Below are positions 51,776 through 64,000 of a stretch of DNA of 64,000 bases, in pieces. Positions within the stretch are counted from its first letter, which is position 1, and every line of letters begins with the position of its first letter. Both the position numbers and the translations under genes were made by a program. This DNA is from Octopus vulgaris. Taxonomy: Eukaryota. Below the pieces are notes generated by a model. It did not search any database. It was not told the origin of the DNA and saw nothing but the letters and a program-made list of their open reading frames with translations. The stretch lies in contig OX597840.1 in NCBI GenBank assembly GCA_951406725.2, forward strand, positions 26,226,001 to 26,290,000, read 5' to 3'.

Positions 51776-53203
51776 CTCTTCAAGAAAAATAAAACTGAAC
51801 CTTCAAGTTGTACAGATCAACAACTTTTTAATAATATTTCTACTCTCACCAAAATTTATGGATATTTTGCTTCTTTTTGCTTTTATAGTTTATTCCAAAC
51901 AAATATCACTTCTCTTATATTTCTTCTAAATGTGATCATTGCCAATATTTGAAAATGTTGCAAATACTCTTTGGAAATCTATTAAAGTATATTTAAAAGA
52001 GAAGATTATCTTCTGCACATTTCAGACACAGAAGTAAAGAAATGCTTTCTCTCTCAGAGGAAATATTTTACTGTAATTCAGCAATGTTTTCTAGAAGCAG
52101 GATTATACGTTTGTAGAATATCTTTGCAGAGTCTTTCAAACATGATACATATTGATGATTCTTTAAAAGTAAAAAATACTTTTTAGCCAATTTCATGTGA
52201 TTTTTCTGAAAGAATAGAAAAAATAATATAAGACATCAAGTATGTTTAAAAGGCAGATATTCAAAAGTGCAAATTTACGACATTTCTGTTTTCATAAATT
52301 GTAGAAGTAATTCTTTATCTGAACTATTAAAGTTATCCCATCTCTCTATTTTCAAGAGGTTTATATCACAGACACATCCATCGTAATAACACCTCCTGGA
52401 CATTGCGTCTGTCCTAGACACACATACACACACCAATATACATGTCAATGACAGTAGATATCTGATGTCTTCCCCTCAGTGTTCTATTGTATCAACACAG
52501 GTTTGTTTTATAACACAGACATCACTCCTCCTCTGCCTCTTTCTGTATGTGCATAAATATACAAATATATATATGTGGTTAGCTTAATGTTAACCTTTTG
52601 TTGAGCATAAAAGATGCATAAAAGTCAGTAAATAATATTGATGTCTGACTTGCAGCATCAAAATCTTTTGTGGGGAATTTTTGATGTTAAGAAAAATTGT
52701 TGGTTGATGAAATTGGTGACAATCCTTCTCCATGGGGCAAATGGAAGAGGCTTCAATGAAGTCTATCCTTATTTTACGGAAAAACTATAATTTCTTTTCA
52801 TTGTCATGCACATAGTTTTAAAACTTAGCCATTCTTGTTTCTTTCTTTTAATTATAAATTCTTACACATTATAATTAATGTTTCTCTTCCTTGTTGCTTC
52901 AAAACGAAATATTGTTTATCTGGATGAGTGAAAAATACATTCATATTAAATATATACGCATTACGAAGAAAGAAAAGGATAACTTGCATAATTAACTGAA
53001 AATAACATTAAAAAAAGGGTGCAATTCTGCTTTAAACATTATATAGTTCCTTAAAATTCTTTTCCCATTTTTCTGTGGAATTTTCGGAAAATTCTCCAAA
53101 TTTGTGACCTACATTATGAAAAACATTGTTTCCCATTTTTTAAAAAATTGCCACTGTAGAACTTTGCTTAAATCCCAACAATGTGTTTATGTGGAGAAGG
53201 ATA

Positions 53204-53373
53204 TCTTTTCTACTCTAGGCACAAGGCCAGAAATTTTGGGAGAAGGGGTCCCAGTGGATTAGATAGACCCCAGTACGCAACTGGTACTAAATTTATCGAC
53301 CTCGAAAGGATGAAAGGCAAAGTCGACCTCGGCGGAATTTGAACTCACGTGCTAACGATTCTACCAGCTCGCC
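53204..53373 (-). mobile_element. SINE, duplicated copy of 37821-37989
   Basis: Same sequence and same intronic position. Confidence 0.8.
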
Positions 53374-54363
53374 GGTTTTATATGGAGAAAAATACTGAAA
53401 AACGTCAGCACATCTGAGTGACAAAGAAACTAGGGAGGTATCAGGTGGTCGTGAGATGTGCGAAAAATAACAGCTAAATAGCTCTTAAAGCACACAGTTT
53501 TTGCTTGTTTGTTGAATTCTCGTGTGTAGAATATTTGCAAAAATTTTCTGAAAATTCCGGAAAAAACAAAACAAACCCCACATATTAATTGTAAGTTGTA
53601 ATGATGCAGAAGAACCGCCAGAAATAAAGACTTCCTATGTCTCAAATAAAAGCCATTTCCTCTCGATACGATATTTGCTTTTCGTTTCAGTATTTCAAGT
53701 GCACTCTCGTATTTTTATACATTCCCCATTTCTTACTAATTACATCGTAATTTTCCCGCATTTAACGAAATCGTCGAATTTACACGTTAAAAAGAAAGAT
53801 AAATGTTATCTAAACAAGGGATTGATCCGACGTTTTTACAAATAATTTAGAAAATAACCAAAAGTGCAATGAAATGTCTAAAAGAAAACGACAACACAAT
53901 GAAAGTATTAAAATTACAGCCTTTCGTATAATTTCGTCTTAGTGAGATTTGTTTTCCTTTTAACTTTCTCAACACATGGAAACAAATAAATGTACATAAT
54001 ACGACACATATATAATAGAAATGTTTAAATAAATACTTACATAGTAATAGATATGGAGAGAAAGAGTGAAGGAGGAAGACGTGAGAACTGGAGTCAGAGT
54101 GGACAACGACAGCTTCAAGAGAATTTCTAGATTTCTACAACAAACGTTAATTAATATTTTTCACGTCCACATAATCGTAAATGCTGTATCTGTTTGTTTA
54201 GACAGTTAATTACCAATCATTTGTATATATTTGATTGGGTTTTCTCTTAAATATCAGTTGTCAAGTGGAACTGATCAAACAATCAAGGTGCGTGAGAAAC
54301 AGGAGCAAGAAATACAATTAATTAGGAAGAGTTTTGCCGATGAACGACGGGAACTAACTCCGA

Positions 54364-56029
54364 TTTCTTTATTACCCACCAGGGGCGGCGAAGAGGGGAC
54401 ATTACAAAACATTGGGGACATAGAACATTATAATTAAATTTATGAACAATGAATTATTAAATGAAAAAATGATAATATGAAAGCGACGCTAACGGCCCCA
54501 TCCGCCAGCATCACTTACCTGTCCTTTATCGCCCATTTCCAATTACAATTCCTAGTTTTTCTATCACACTCTTCGTTTTCCTTTCATACATCTCTATCAT
54601 TTCACCCTGCATCGGCACTGTCATCCATTTTATACCCTCTTCCTCACACCTCCTCACCAATGTCTCCATAAATTCATATTCCAAAACCGCGTAACTACCA
54701 TCTTCATGTTCGCGCCATAAGTTTTTATGTACCATCCTTTCCGAGTTCTGGGTGTCCCTCCTCCTCGCAACACATAAAAAATAGGTCCTGGGACTTTGTT
54801 CGTTCTGTGTGTCTGCATTTGTTTTTGTTTTTCTTGTAGGCGAGGAGTGGGTGGAATCGCTGTTTGCAGGGGAGGGATGGGACTCAGAGGGTACGGGTGG
54901 TGTTGGGGTTTCGTACAGTTTTCTTTTTTTTTTCTCCCTTCTTCCCACTCTTGCTGGATCTCCTCCTCTTCAGTTGCTTCCCTTTCTGTTTGGTTCTCCT
55001 TTTCTTTAGTGTCTTCCTTCTTTTGGGGTTCCGTAACGATTTCCTTTTCCTTTGGTGGGGGAGGGCAGTAGGCTCTTATGTGACCCCTCAGGCCACACTT
55101 ATAGCACCTGGGCGCCCTGCCCTCCACCCACACTCTCATAATAATGTTCCCCGTTCCTACAGTATCTGTCAGCCCTTCCACTGCTTCCGCCTCCGTCTGT
55201 ATATTCATGTCCAAGGTAGCACCTCTCACGCCTTCGTATTTCATCGTGGCGTGGAGGATGTCCACCTTTTCCTCGTTTCCCTTAATCACCGCTGCCGTTA
55301 TGTATTCACCCTCTAGGTGTGGAGGTATTCCCTCCACCCCAATTCTTGTGGTCCTTCTATTTAGATACGAGGGCAGTAAGTATATTTTCTCGGTCTTCAC
55401 CACCTTGGCTGCTATTTTTTTGGCGACGTTCTCACTTCTATACTGCACCGCAACAGTTCCATACTCCATTCCTCCAGTCAGGTAAACAATTTCCTCTCCA
55501 GTCTGTTTCAATGCCTCTTCAATAACTTCCACATTGACTATTTCCATCCTTCTTCCCCCATTCACGCACACTCCATATTTTATGGTTCCACGATTCAACC
55601 ACTGGCCCCGCCTTGCCGGAGGTGACAGCTCGACCTCGCCGTTCTCCTCCTCCTTCATAAAATTCTGGAAGCCTGGTAGTTTAGCCAGGTCCACCTCTTT
55701 TTCTATCGACTTCCTCATTATTCCTGCGTAGGTACTTTCCAGCTTCCTGTCCACTTTTGCCACTGCTTCTTCCAACTCCTCTTCAGATGTTGACAATTCC
55801 GGCAAACTTTCAAATAAATTCCTCCCGGCCATCTCACCAGTTAGGGAGAGGCGGCTCATAATCTCCTCAGACCGAAAACGGCCGCCCAAACAGAAACAGT
55901 GCAACGCGCAGAACCAGTGCGACGCGAAACCGCATCAACTGAAATTCAAAACTCCACAACAACAACACTTTTTTTTCTTTTTCACCGAATTCTACGAGCC
56001 GAGAAAAACACAACCGACGTCAAACGTTA
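54364..56029 (-). mobile_element. ORF1-only (HAL1-like) non-autonomous retroelement, copy B
   Basis: Homologous end to end with copy A; bounded by motif copies at 56030-56042 and 54349-54361. Confidence 0.8.
54526..55859 (-). CDS. L1/Tx1-type ORF1 protein with CCHC knuckle (copy B; as assembled it stops at 54654, and one extra A in the A10 run gives 444 aa ending at 54526)
   Basis: CYKCGLRGHIRAYC; ORF track 54654-55904 and 54526-54948. Confidence 0.7.
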
Positions 56030-56044
56030 GGGAGCTAACTCCAA

Positions 56045-56511
56045 TTTCTTTATTATGATTATACAATCGTTACATAGAAGGACAAATACAGGACATACAT
56101 GCAAAAACAGTGAAGAGGTTCGATTAAAAATTTTCCATAACATTTGGATTATTCATTATAAAAATTCGTCTGTAAATTGTCCTTTACGTGACCAATAGAA
56201 TATTATAACATTACATAAACTTTCGATCTTACCGAACTTTTAAACCCCAGCAATTTATAAGGCCCCGCAGCTTTTGTTTCCTCTCCTCCCTCCATAGTTA
56301 AGCTGGGTTTCTGACACCCACCTTTTTTTCCACTTCCTTCCATCTTTTCTCATACACACCCCGTGGTAAGATCCTCTTTTCCAACCCCATTTTGCTCTTC
56401 AGATGATATCTGAAGTAAGTGAGCAAGCCGGGGCCCGAGACAAAGGATCCTATTGCGACTCCTTCCATTCTTGTACGCCACATGCATTCTCTTACTACTG
56501 CAACCGTGCAG
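56045..56511 (-). mobile_element. Short 3' Tx1 fragment (duplicate of 47663-48130)
   Basis: Same 5' breakpoint and 3' junction. Confidence 0.93.
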
Positions 56512-58515
56512 AAAGGCTTTGATAGAATTCCTGTTGGCCACACACCAAGGTTCAACAGAACCTACTGAAGCAAGCCAACGTGCTTCTGGCATTATCACAG
56601 GCAAGAGCAAGAAGTCGACATCAAAGTTCGTACTGTTTTCAAATTTTGGCACAAGGCCAGCAATTCCACGGGTGTGTGTTAAGTTGAATATGTCGATTCC
56701 AGTGCTCAACCGTTGCTTATTTCCACCAACCGCCAAAAGGACGAAAGACAAAGTCCACCTTGGCAGAATTTAAATGCAAATGTCATGTCAGAAGAACCAC
56801 AGCTAAGCATTTTCCCCAATGTGCTAACGACCCTGCCAGTTCGCCACTTTAGTTTCTTATTAATTACTAGTGGGACCCATGTAAATTCTACAGAATGAAA
56901 AAAATTAAGAGGACCTATTTAAGAAAGAGAGGATGATTTGCATTTTTATAGCATTCATAGTTTTAGCTTTCTTTGAATATACTTGGCATCTGTCTACATC
57001 CAATTCCTCACAACACCATCGGTGCCATCTTTTTCCTCTTTTTTATTATATCTTCTTAGTGTTCAATGCTCTAGATCTGTGCATCTTTTCTCAGGCAGCT
57101 TGCAACCGTGTCTCTAGTGAATCCATAGTTTAGGCTAAATTAATCCTTAGAAACAAATATCAATCTCTTAAGTGAGAAGGCGATAAATTGCACAGAAGTG
57201 CAAGTGTTGAGTGATGGTCTCTATAAAAAAAAAAAATTCTTTTACCCTATCAACACACCACCACCACCATCATCTCTCTCTCTCTGCCTTTCTTTAATAT
57301 CAACATCAGAACATCACCCCTCTGCTAAGATTATATTTCTAACTCTTCTCTATATCACAAACTTCAGCTAGCTTTTTTAACCATAAAATAACTATTACAT
57401 TCCCCCTATCACATGTCATGCTTGCTTCTTTCTTAGTCTTTTGTCTCTCCCTTTTCTTTCTTTCTCTATTTGCCCCTCTCTTTGTCTTATCATCTCTTCT
57501 CTCTCTACCCCCTTTTCTCTAATAACATGAAAGTGTTACTGACGAGCTAAGTAACAGAATGAGAAGCAGAATTATTATAAGATCACCTTACTCTATTTCT
57601 CCCTCCCTTTTCTCCACTTCTGTCCCCACCCCTCATTTATTCCACTAATCTAATGAAAGCATAACAGCTGTACAAACAAGGTGGTTATTATATATATACA
57701 TAAATATCATTTTTGTCTGAGGTTTGGATAATATTGTTTGCAGAGTAATTACATATCACATAAGAAGACTGGAAAACAGTTTGATAGTATTTATTCAACA
57801 TTACATGTGTTTCATTACCTAATAGGAATTACAAACTTTTAGACAAAGAGAAAACATGTAAAATATCTCCTATAAGAAATTCTTCATATATACATATATA
57901 CACGTGTGTGTGTGTATGCACAAGTGAGTGTATCCTTGTCCAGACATTATGTGATGTCCATAAATGGCCATCATGATCGTCATACTTGTGCAGTTATTCA
58001 TTTCCAGTCCTCTGTGTAAAATATGTCTCACCAGGGAAAATATTTCCTTGCTTGGAAACAGGTGAGGATTGGTGATAAGAAAGGGTACCCAGCTCAGGAA
58101 AATCTCCATCAATGAATTCTATCTGATCCATTGGAGCATGGAAAAGCGAATTTTAAATGATGATGATTATCATCATTGTAGTGATATGGTTCCTCTTCTG
58201 TATGAATGCAGTAATGTTTTAATAATTGATCATTTTCATAGATTGACTTAGCACAAATGTCTTAGGGTATGGTTTTATCTTTCATATTAATATGACTGTG
58301 TATAATTCTTCATTTTCATAGAATGATTAAGCACTGCTATCACAGTGATATGTTCTCCTTCCTCTGTCAATGCTCTTTTGATTCGTTAATGGATCATTTC
58401 AGATGAAAGGCTTACCATTGATATCACATTGATATAGTTTCTTTCTTGTGTAGAGGGTTTTATGAGATACAAACTTGTCCTTCTGAAGGAATGTTATACA
58501 ACCAGTGTCACTGTG

Positions 58516-59514
58516 TTATGGATCAACTTCATAACGAATACACTTGTGTTTAATTGAGTGATGTTTTTGTGAGAATGATTCACCACAGATGTCACAGCGA
58601 TATGGTTCCTCACCTGTGTGAATACGTTTATGTGAAGTCAAGTTACTGCCAACAGAGAATGATTTACCACAGATATCACAGTGGTATGGTTTCTCACCTG
58701 TATGAATACGTTTGTGTTTAGTTAAGCTGCTGTTTTCAGAGAAAGATTTGCCACAGATATCACAGAGATATGGTTTCTCCCCTGTATGAATACGCTTGTG
58801 TGTGATTAAGCTACTGCTAACAGAGAAAGATTTGCCACAGATATCACAGGGATATGGTTTCTCACCTGTATGAACACGTTTGTGTTTAGTTAAGGTATTG
58901 CCAGCAGAGAATGATTTACCACAGATATCACAGCAATATGGTTCCTCACCTGTATGAATACGTTTGTGTGTAGTGAAGTTACTGCTAAAAGAGAATGATT
59001 TACCACAGATATCACAGCGAAATGGTTCCTCACCTGTGTGAATACGTTTATGTGCAGTCAAGGTACTGCTAACAGAGAATGATTCACCACAGATATCACA
59101 GTGATATGGTCTCTCACCTGTATGAATACGTTTGTGAGTAGTTAAGTTACCTTCTTGAGTGAATGATTTACCACAGACATCACAGCAATATGGTTCCTCA
59201 CCTGTGTGAATACGTTTGTGTGCAGTGAAGTTACTGCCAACAGAGAATGATTTACCACAGATATCACAGTGATATGGTTTCTCCCCTGTATGAATACGTT
59301 TGTGTGCAGTCAAGGTACTGCTAAAAGAGAATGATTTACCACAGATATCACAGTGGTGTGGTTTCTCACCTGTATGAATACGTTTGTGGTTAGTAAAGCT
59401 ACTGCGAAGAGAGAATGATTTACCACAGATATCACAGTGATATGGTTCTTGACTTGTATGAATTTCTTGGTGTTTACTGGATTTACGTTTTTCTAAAAAT
59501 GACATTTTGTACAT
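58516..59514 (-). CDS. C2H2 zinc-finger protein U7, 332 aa, 10 fingers plus a degenerate terminal finger; family start codon changed to ATA
   Basis: ATA at 59553-59551 in place of the MSEE ATG; next in-frame ATG at 59514; poly(A) signal at 57790-57795. Confidence 0.85.
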   Translation of the reverse strand: MYKMSFLEKRKSSKHQEIHTSQEPYHCDICGKSFSLRSSFTNHKRIHTGEKPHHCDICGKSFSFSSTLTAHKRIHTGEKPYHCDICGKSFSVGSNFTAHKRIHTGEEPYCCDVCGKSFTQEGNLTTHKRIHTGERPYHCDICGESFSVSSTLTAHKRIHTGEEPFRCDICGKSFSFSSNFTTHKRIHTGEEPYCCDICGKSFSAGNTLTKHKRVHTGEKPYPCDICGKSFSVSSSLITHKRIHTGEKPYLCDICGKSFSENSSLTKHKRIHTGEKPYHCDICGKSFSVGSNLTSHKRIHTGEEPYRCDICGESFSQKHHSIKHKCIRYEVDP

Positions 59515-61446
59515 GCCACAGTCATATGATGAGTTTCCGTATTCCTCCGATATTTCTTCAAGAAAAATAAAATCAATCCTTCAAGTTTTACAGATCAACA
59601 ACTTTTCAATAATATTTCTTCTCTCACCAAAATATATGGATATTTTGCTTCTTTTTGCTTTTATAGTTTATTCCAAACAAATATCACTTCTCTTATATTT
59701 CTGCTAAATGTGATCAATGCCAATATTTAAAAATGTTGCAAATACTCTTTGGAAATCTATCAAAGTATATTTAAAAGAGAAAATTATCTCTTGCACATTT
59801 CAGACACAGAAGTAAAGAAATGCTTTCTCTCTCAGAGGAAATATTTTACTGTAATTCAGCAATGTTTTATAGAAGCAGGATTATACATTTGTAGAATATC
59901 TTTGCAGAGTCTTTCAAACATGATACATATTGATGATTCCTTAAAAGCAAAAAGTACTTTTTAGCCAATTTCATGTGATTTTTCTGAAAGAATAGAATAA
60001 ATAATATAAGACATCAAGTATGTTTAAAAGGCAGATATTCAAAAGTGCAAATTTACGACATTTCTGTTTTCATAAATAGTAGAAGCAATCCTATATCTGA
60101 ACTATTATATTCATCCCATCTCTCTGTTTTCAAGAAGCTTATATCAGGTGTGTAGACATATGTAGTATAATAACATCTCCTGGACATTAAGTCTGTCATA
60201 GACACACACCAATATACATGTCAATAACACTAGATATCTGATGCTTTCATCTCAGTCATGTGTCGTAAAAGAGATATCACACCTCATCTGCCTCTTTCCG
60301 TACATTTATAAATACACACATACAGGAAGCTTAATGTCAATATTCTGTTGAATATGAAACATGAATAAAAGTTAGCAAATAATCAGTATGGATGACTAAC
60401 AGCATCAAAATCTTTTGTGGGGAATTTTTCATGAAGGAAAAATTATTGGTTGAGGTGGAGAAGGAAATTGGTGACAATCCTTCTCAATGGGGGCAAATGA
60501 TGTAGTTTTAACATTAAATTATTCTCGTTTTCTTCTTTTTTTTAAAATTCTTACAAGTTACAATTAATGTTTCTCTTCCTTTTTACATCGTGGTGAGTGA
60601 AAAATACAGCGATGCGTAATCACGGAGGTGTGAGTTCGAGTCTCATAGCCGGCCGCCAACACTTTTCTGCAAAATAGGGGTAGCTTATCCTGTTCAGGCT
60701 ATATTATTAGCAATATCCTGCCTTTGAGAATTTAAAATCACTTCTTTAACTTCCTAAGACATCTCAAAGCTTCTAAAGCAAAATTCGTTTGTTTGTTTAC
60801 GTTCATCGTAATTTGAATTTAAATATATATTTATTACGAAGAGAGAGAAGGATAACTTAGGTAATTAATTGTGTTTATGAAACCGACTCTGAAACCGTTC
60901 TGCAAACAAAGTGACGTCATCGTTCTGCGCAACAAAGCAATAGTTCGAGATATGGCCATTAGGTAACAGCACATACCTTGAGTGAAGAGCAAATCAAGGC
61001 TGCTAATTAATTTCTGACGGTAGTGTAGGTGCGGTCCATGCCCTTTACCTCCGCTATTTCGTCTCTGTTTAGTGAGATTCTTTCTTGTAACTTACTCAAC
61101 ACATCGAAACAAACAGACGTACGTAATATGATACATATACAATAGAAATATACTTACATAGTAATATATATTCAGAGAGAGTCAACGATGAAAATATGAG
61201 AATATGTTGAATGAGTGAAAAGTTAGAGTGGACGGTGACAGCTTCAAGAGAATTTTTACGACGAATATTAATATTTAACGGGTCAACATAATATAAAAAA
61301 ATGCTGCATTTGTTTCTTTAGACACTTAATTACCAATCACGTGTCTATTTAATTAGATTGTCTCTTCAATATCAGTTGTAAAGTGGAACTGAGCAAGCAA
61401 TACACATGCATACGGAGCAACAAAATTAGGAAGAATTAACTCTGAA

Positions 61447-61463
61447 CAAGGGGAACTAAGTCT
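61447..61463 (-). promoter_or_regulatory. U7 upstream motif variant, empty site
   Basis: AGACTTAGTTCCCCTTG, one mismatch from the Tx1 TSD, at the homologous position. Confidence 0.7.
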
Positions 61464-62340
61464 TGTCTTTCTACTCTAGCGGTGTCATATGAAATTGTCA
61501 CCCATAATTATGACCCTAGTATCGATCTATTGCATTTCAATCTATTTTAGGGTTATGGGTGGGGGAAAGGGCATCTTTTTCTTCGCAAATGTAAATAAAC
61601 CCAATCTGTTTCTTAAACGAGGGACATATTCATATGGCACAGAATGTTTTTTTTTTACCTCAATGGACATCATTGATTGGTTGAAATTTCAGAAATTGAA
61701 GAAAAAAACAACAAATATCTTACAAACCATAGAATTTTCTCAATAAAGCCAAGAGAAAGAGATGTTTTATAAACACATTCTACCAGTATACGAAGTTTAA
61801 AATTTTTTAGTTACCTAGAAATTATGTTAAAAAAACTAACGTTCAAACCGAAAAGATCCTATGTGTGTTAAAAAATCTCATCACGCAATCGAACCAATGA
61901 GAGAGCCCCTGCCTGGTCGCTCGATATGCTAAAAATAGCAGCCAAAGTATACCCCTATCTAAATCACATGCCCATTGTACATAATGTCCTAGATTATCCC
62001 TCAAAAGACAGTTTGCTGAAGGCTGGAATGTCTTTGATGATACGTTTGCTGTATCAGGTTTGATTTGAGGTTAAATAACATTATATCTATATTAACTCCC
62101 GCATGATTTTCACTAAGAAAAAAATCAAAATGTTAGATTTTTTTGTGTGGAATCAACTACCCTGACCTCATAATATGCTACAAAACAGGGTGAGGTGGAA
62201 CCGATTTTTTTTTCACCTTAGAAAAAAACACATCAAGACAATGGAGAAGAGTTTGATATTATTTATTCAGCATTACATGTGTTTCATTTCCTAATAGGAA
62301 TTACAAACATTTACATATAGAGAAAAAATGTAAAAGATTT

Positions 62341-62400
62341 CATCATCATCATCGTTTAGCGTCCGTTTTCCATGCTAGCATGGGTTGGACGGTTCTACTG
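62341..62400 (-). mobile_element. ~60-bp RTE 3'-terminal fragment in the U8 3' UTR
   Basis: Reverse complement of 28030-28085 including the (ATG)n tail. Confidence 0.75.
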
Positions 62401-63066
62401 GGCCTTTAAGAAAATCTTTCACCATACATGTGTGTGTGTATATGTACCCTTGTCCAGATATTATGTGATGTTCGTAAAGGGCCATCATGACCGTCATACT
62501 TGTGCAGTTGTTCACTTCCAGTCCTCTGCGTAAAATATGTTTCACCAGGGAAAATATTTCCTTGCTTGGAAACATGTGAAGATTGGTCACAAGAAAGGGA
62601 CCCAGATGTAGAAAATCTCCATCAATGAATTCCATCTGATCCACAGAAGCAAGAATAGGAGAATTTTAAATGATGAGGATCATCATCATCGTGGTTCCTC
62701 TTCTGTATCAATGCATTTACATTTCAATAATTGATCACTTTCGTAGATTGATTTAGCACAAATAGCTTAGGTTACAGTTATATCTTTCATATTAACAGGA
62801 TTGTGTACAAACAATTCACCATTTTGAAAGAATGATTCAGGTTTAACATCACAGTGATATGTTTTCCTTCCTCTGTCAATGCTCTTTTGATTCAATAATG
62901 GATAATTTCATGTCAAAGATTTACCATAGATGTCACATTCATATAGTTTCTATATTCTGTGGCTGTCTTTATAAGATACGTCCTTTGTCCTTCTGAGGAA
63001 ATGTTATACAACAAATATCACTGTGTTATGGACCCACTTCATAAGGAAAGACTTCTGTTTAAATCA

Positions 63067-64000
<934 letters not shown>

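Noticed and set aside
60605-60660. tRNA-like T-arm GTGAGTTCGAGTCTCAT
   Set aside because: No complete cloverleaf; probably a SINE-head fragment

Overview
AT-rich animal genomic DNA, inferred to be a coleoid cephalopod (Octopus-like) from its Nin/Deu-domain SINEs, RTE LINEs and [17 protein letters not shown] finger arrays. The window is a tandem cluster of C2H2 zinc-finger genes with a single coding exon and no KRAB domain. It holds seven complete units (U1-U2 on +, U3-U7 on -), one partial frameshifted unit (U8), one unit whose coding region is deleted, and the promoter of a further unit off the left edge. Each unit has the same layout: upstream motif GAGTTAGTTCCC, CCAAT boxes, short non-coding exon, intron, ~430-nt leader, finger ORF, 3' UTR made of decayed fingers, AATAAA. 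The most notable observation is that two retroelement families sit exactly on that upstream motif. One is an L1/Tx1-clade LINE (one full-length copy with a perfect 17-bp target-site duplication, plus three 5'-truncated copies). The other is a 1.66-kb element encoding only a homologous ORF1 gag-knuckle protein (HAL1-like), stacked in tandem behind the Tx1 copies. Empty sites are present in three paralogues. Also present: RTE LINEs, an internally deleted Gypsy element, mariner/Tc1 remnants, MITEs, SINEs and three long fold-back repeats. All comparisons were made by eye, and no database search was run, so novelty is untested.
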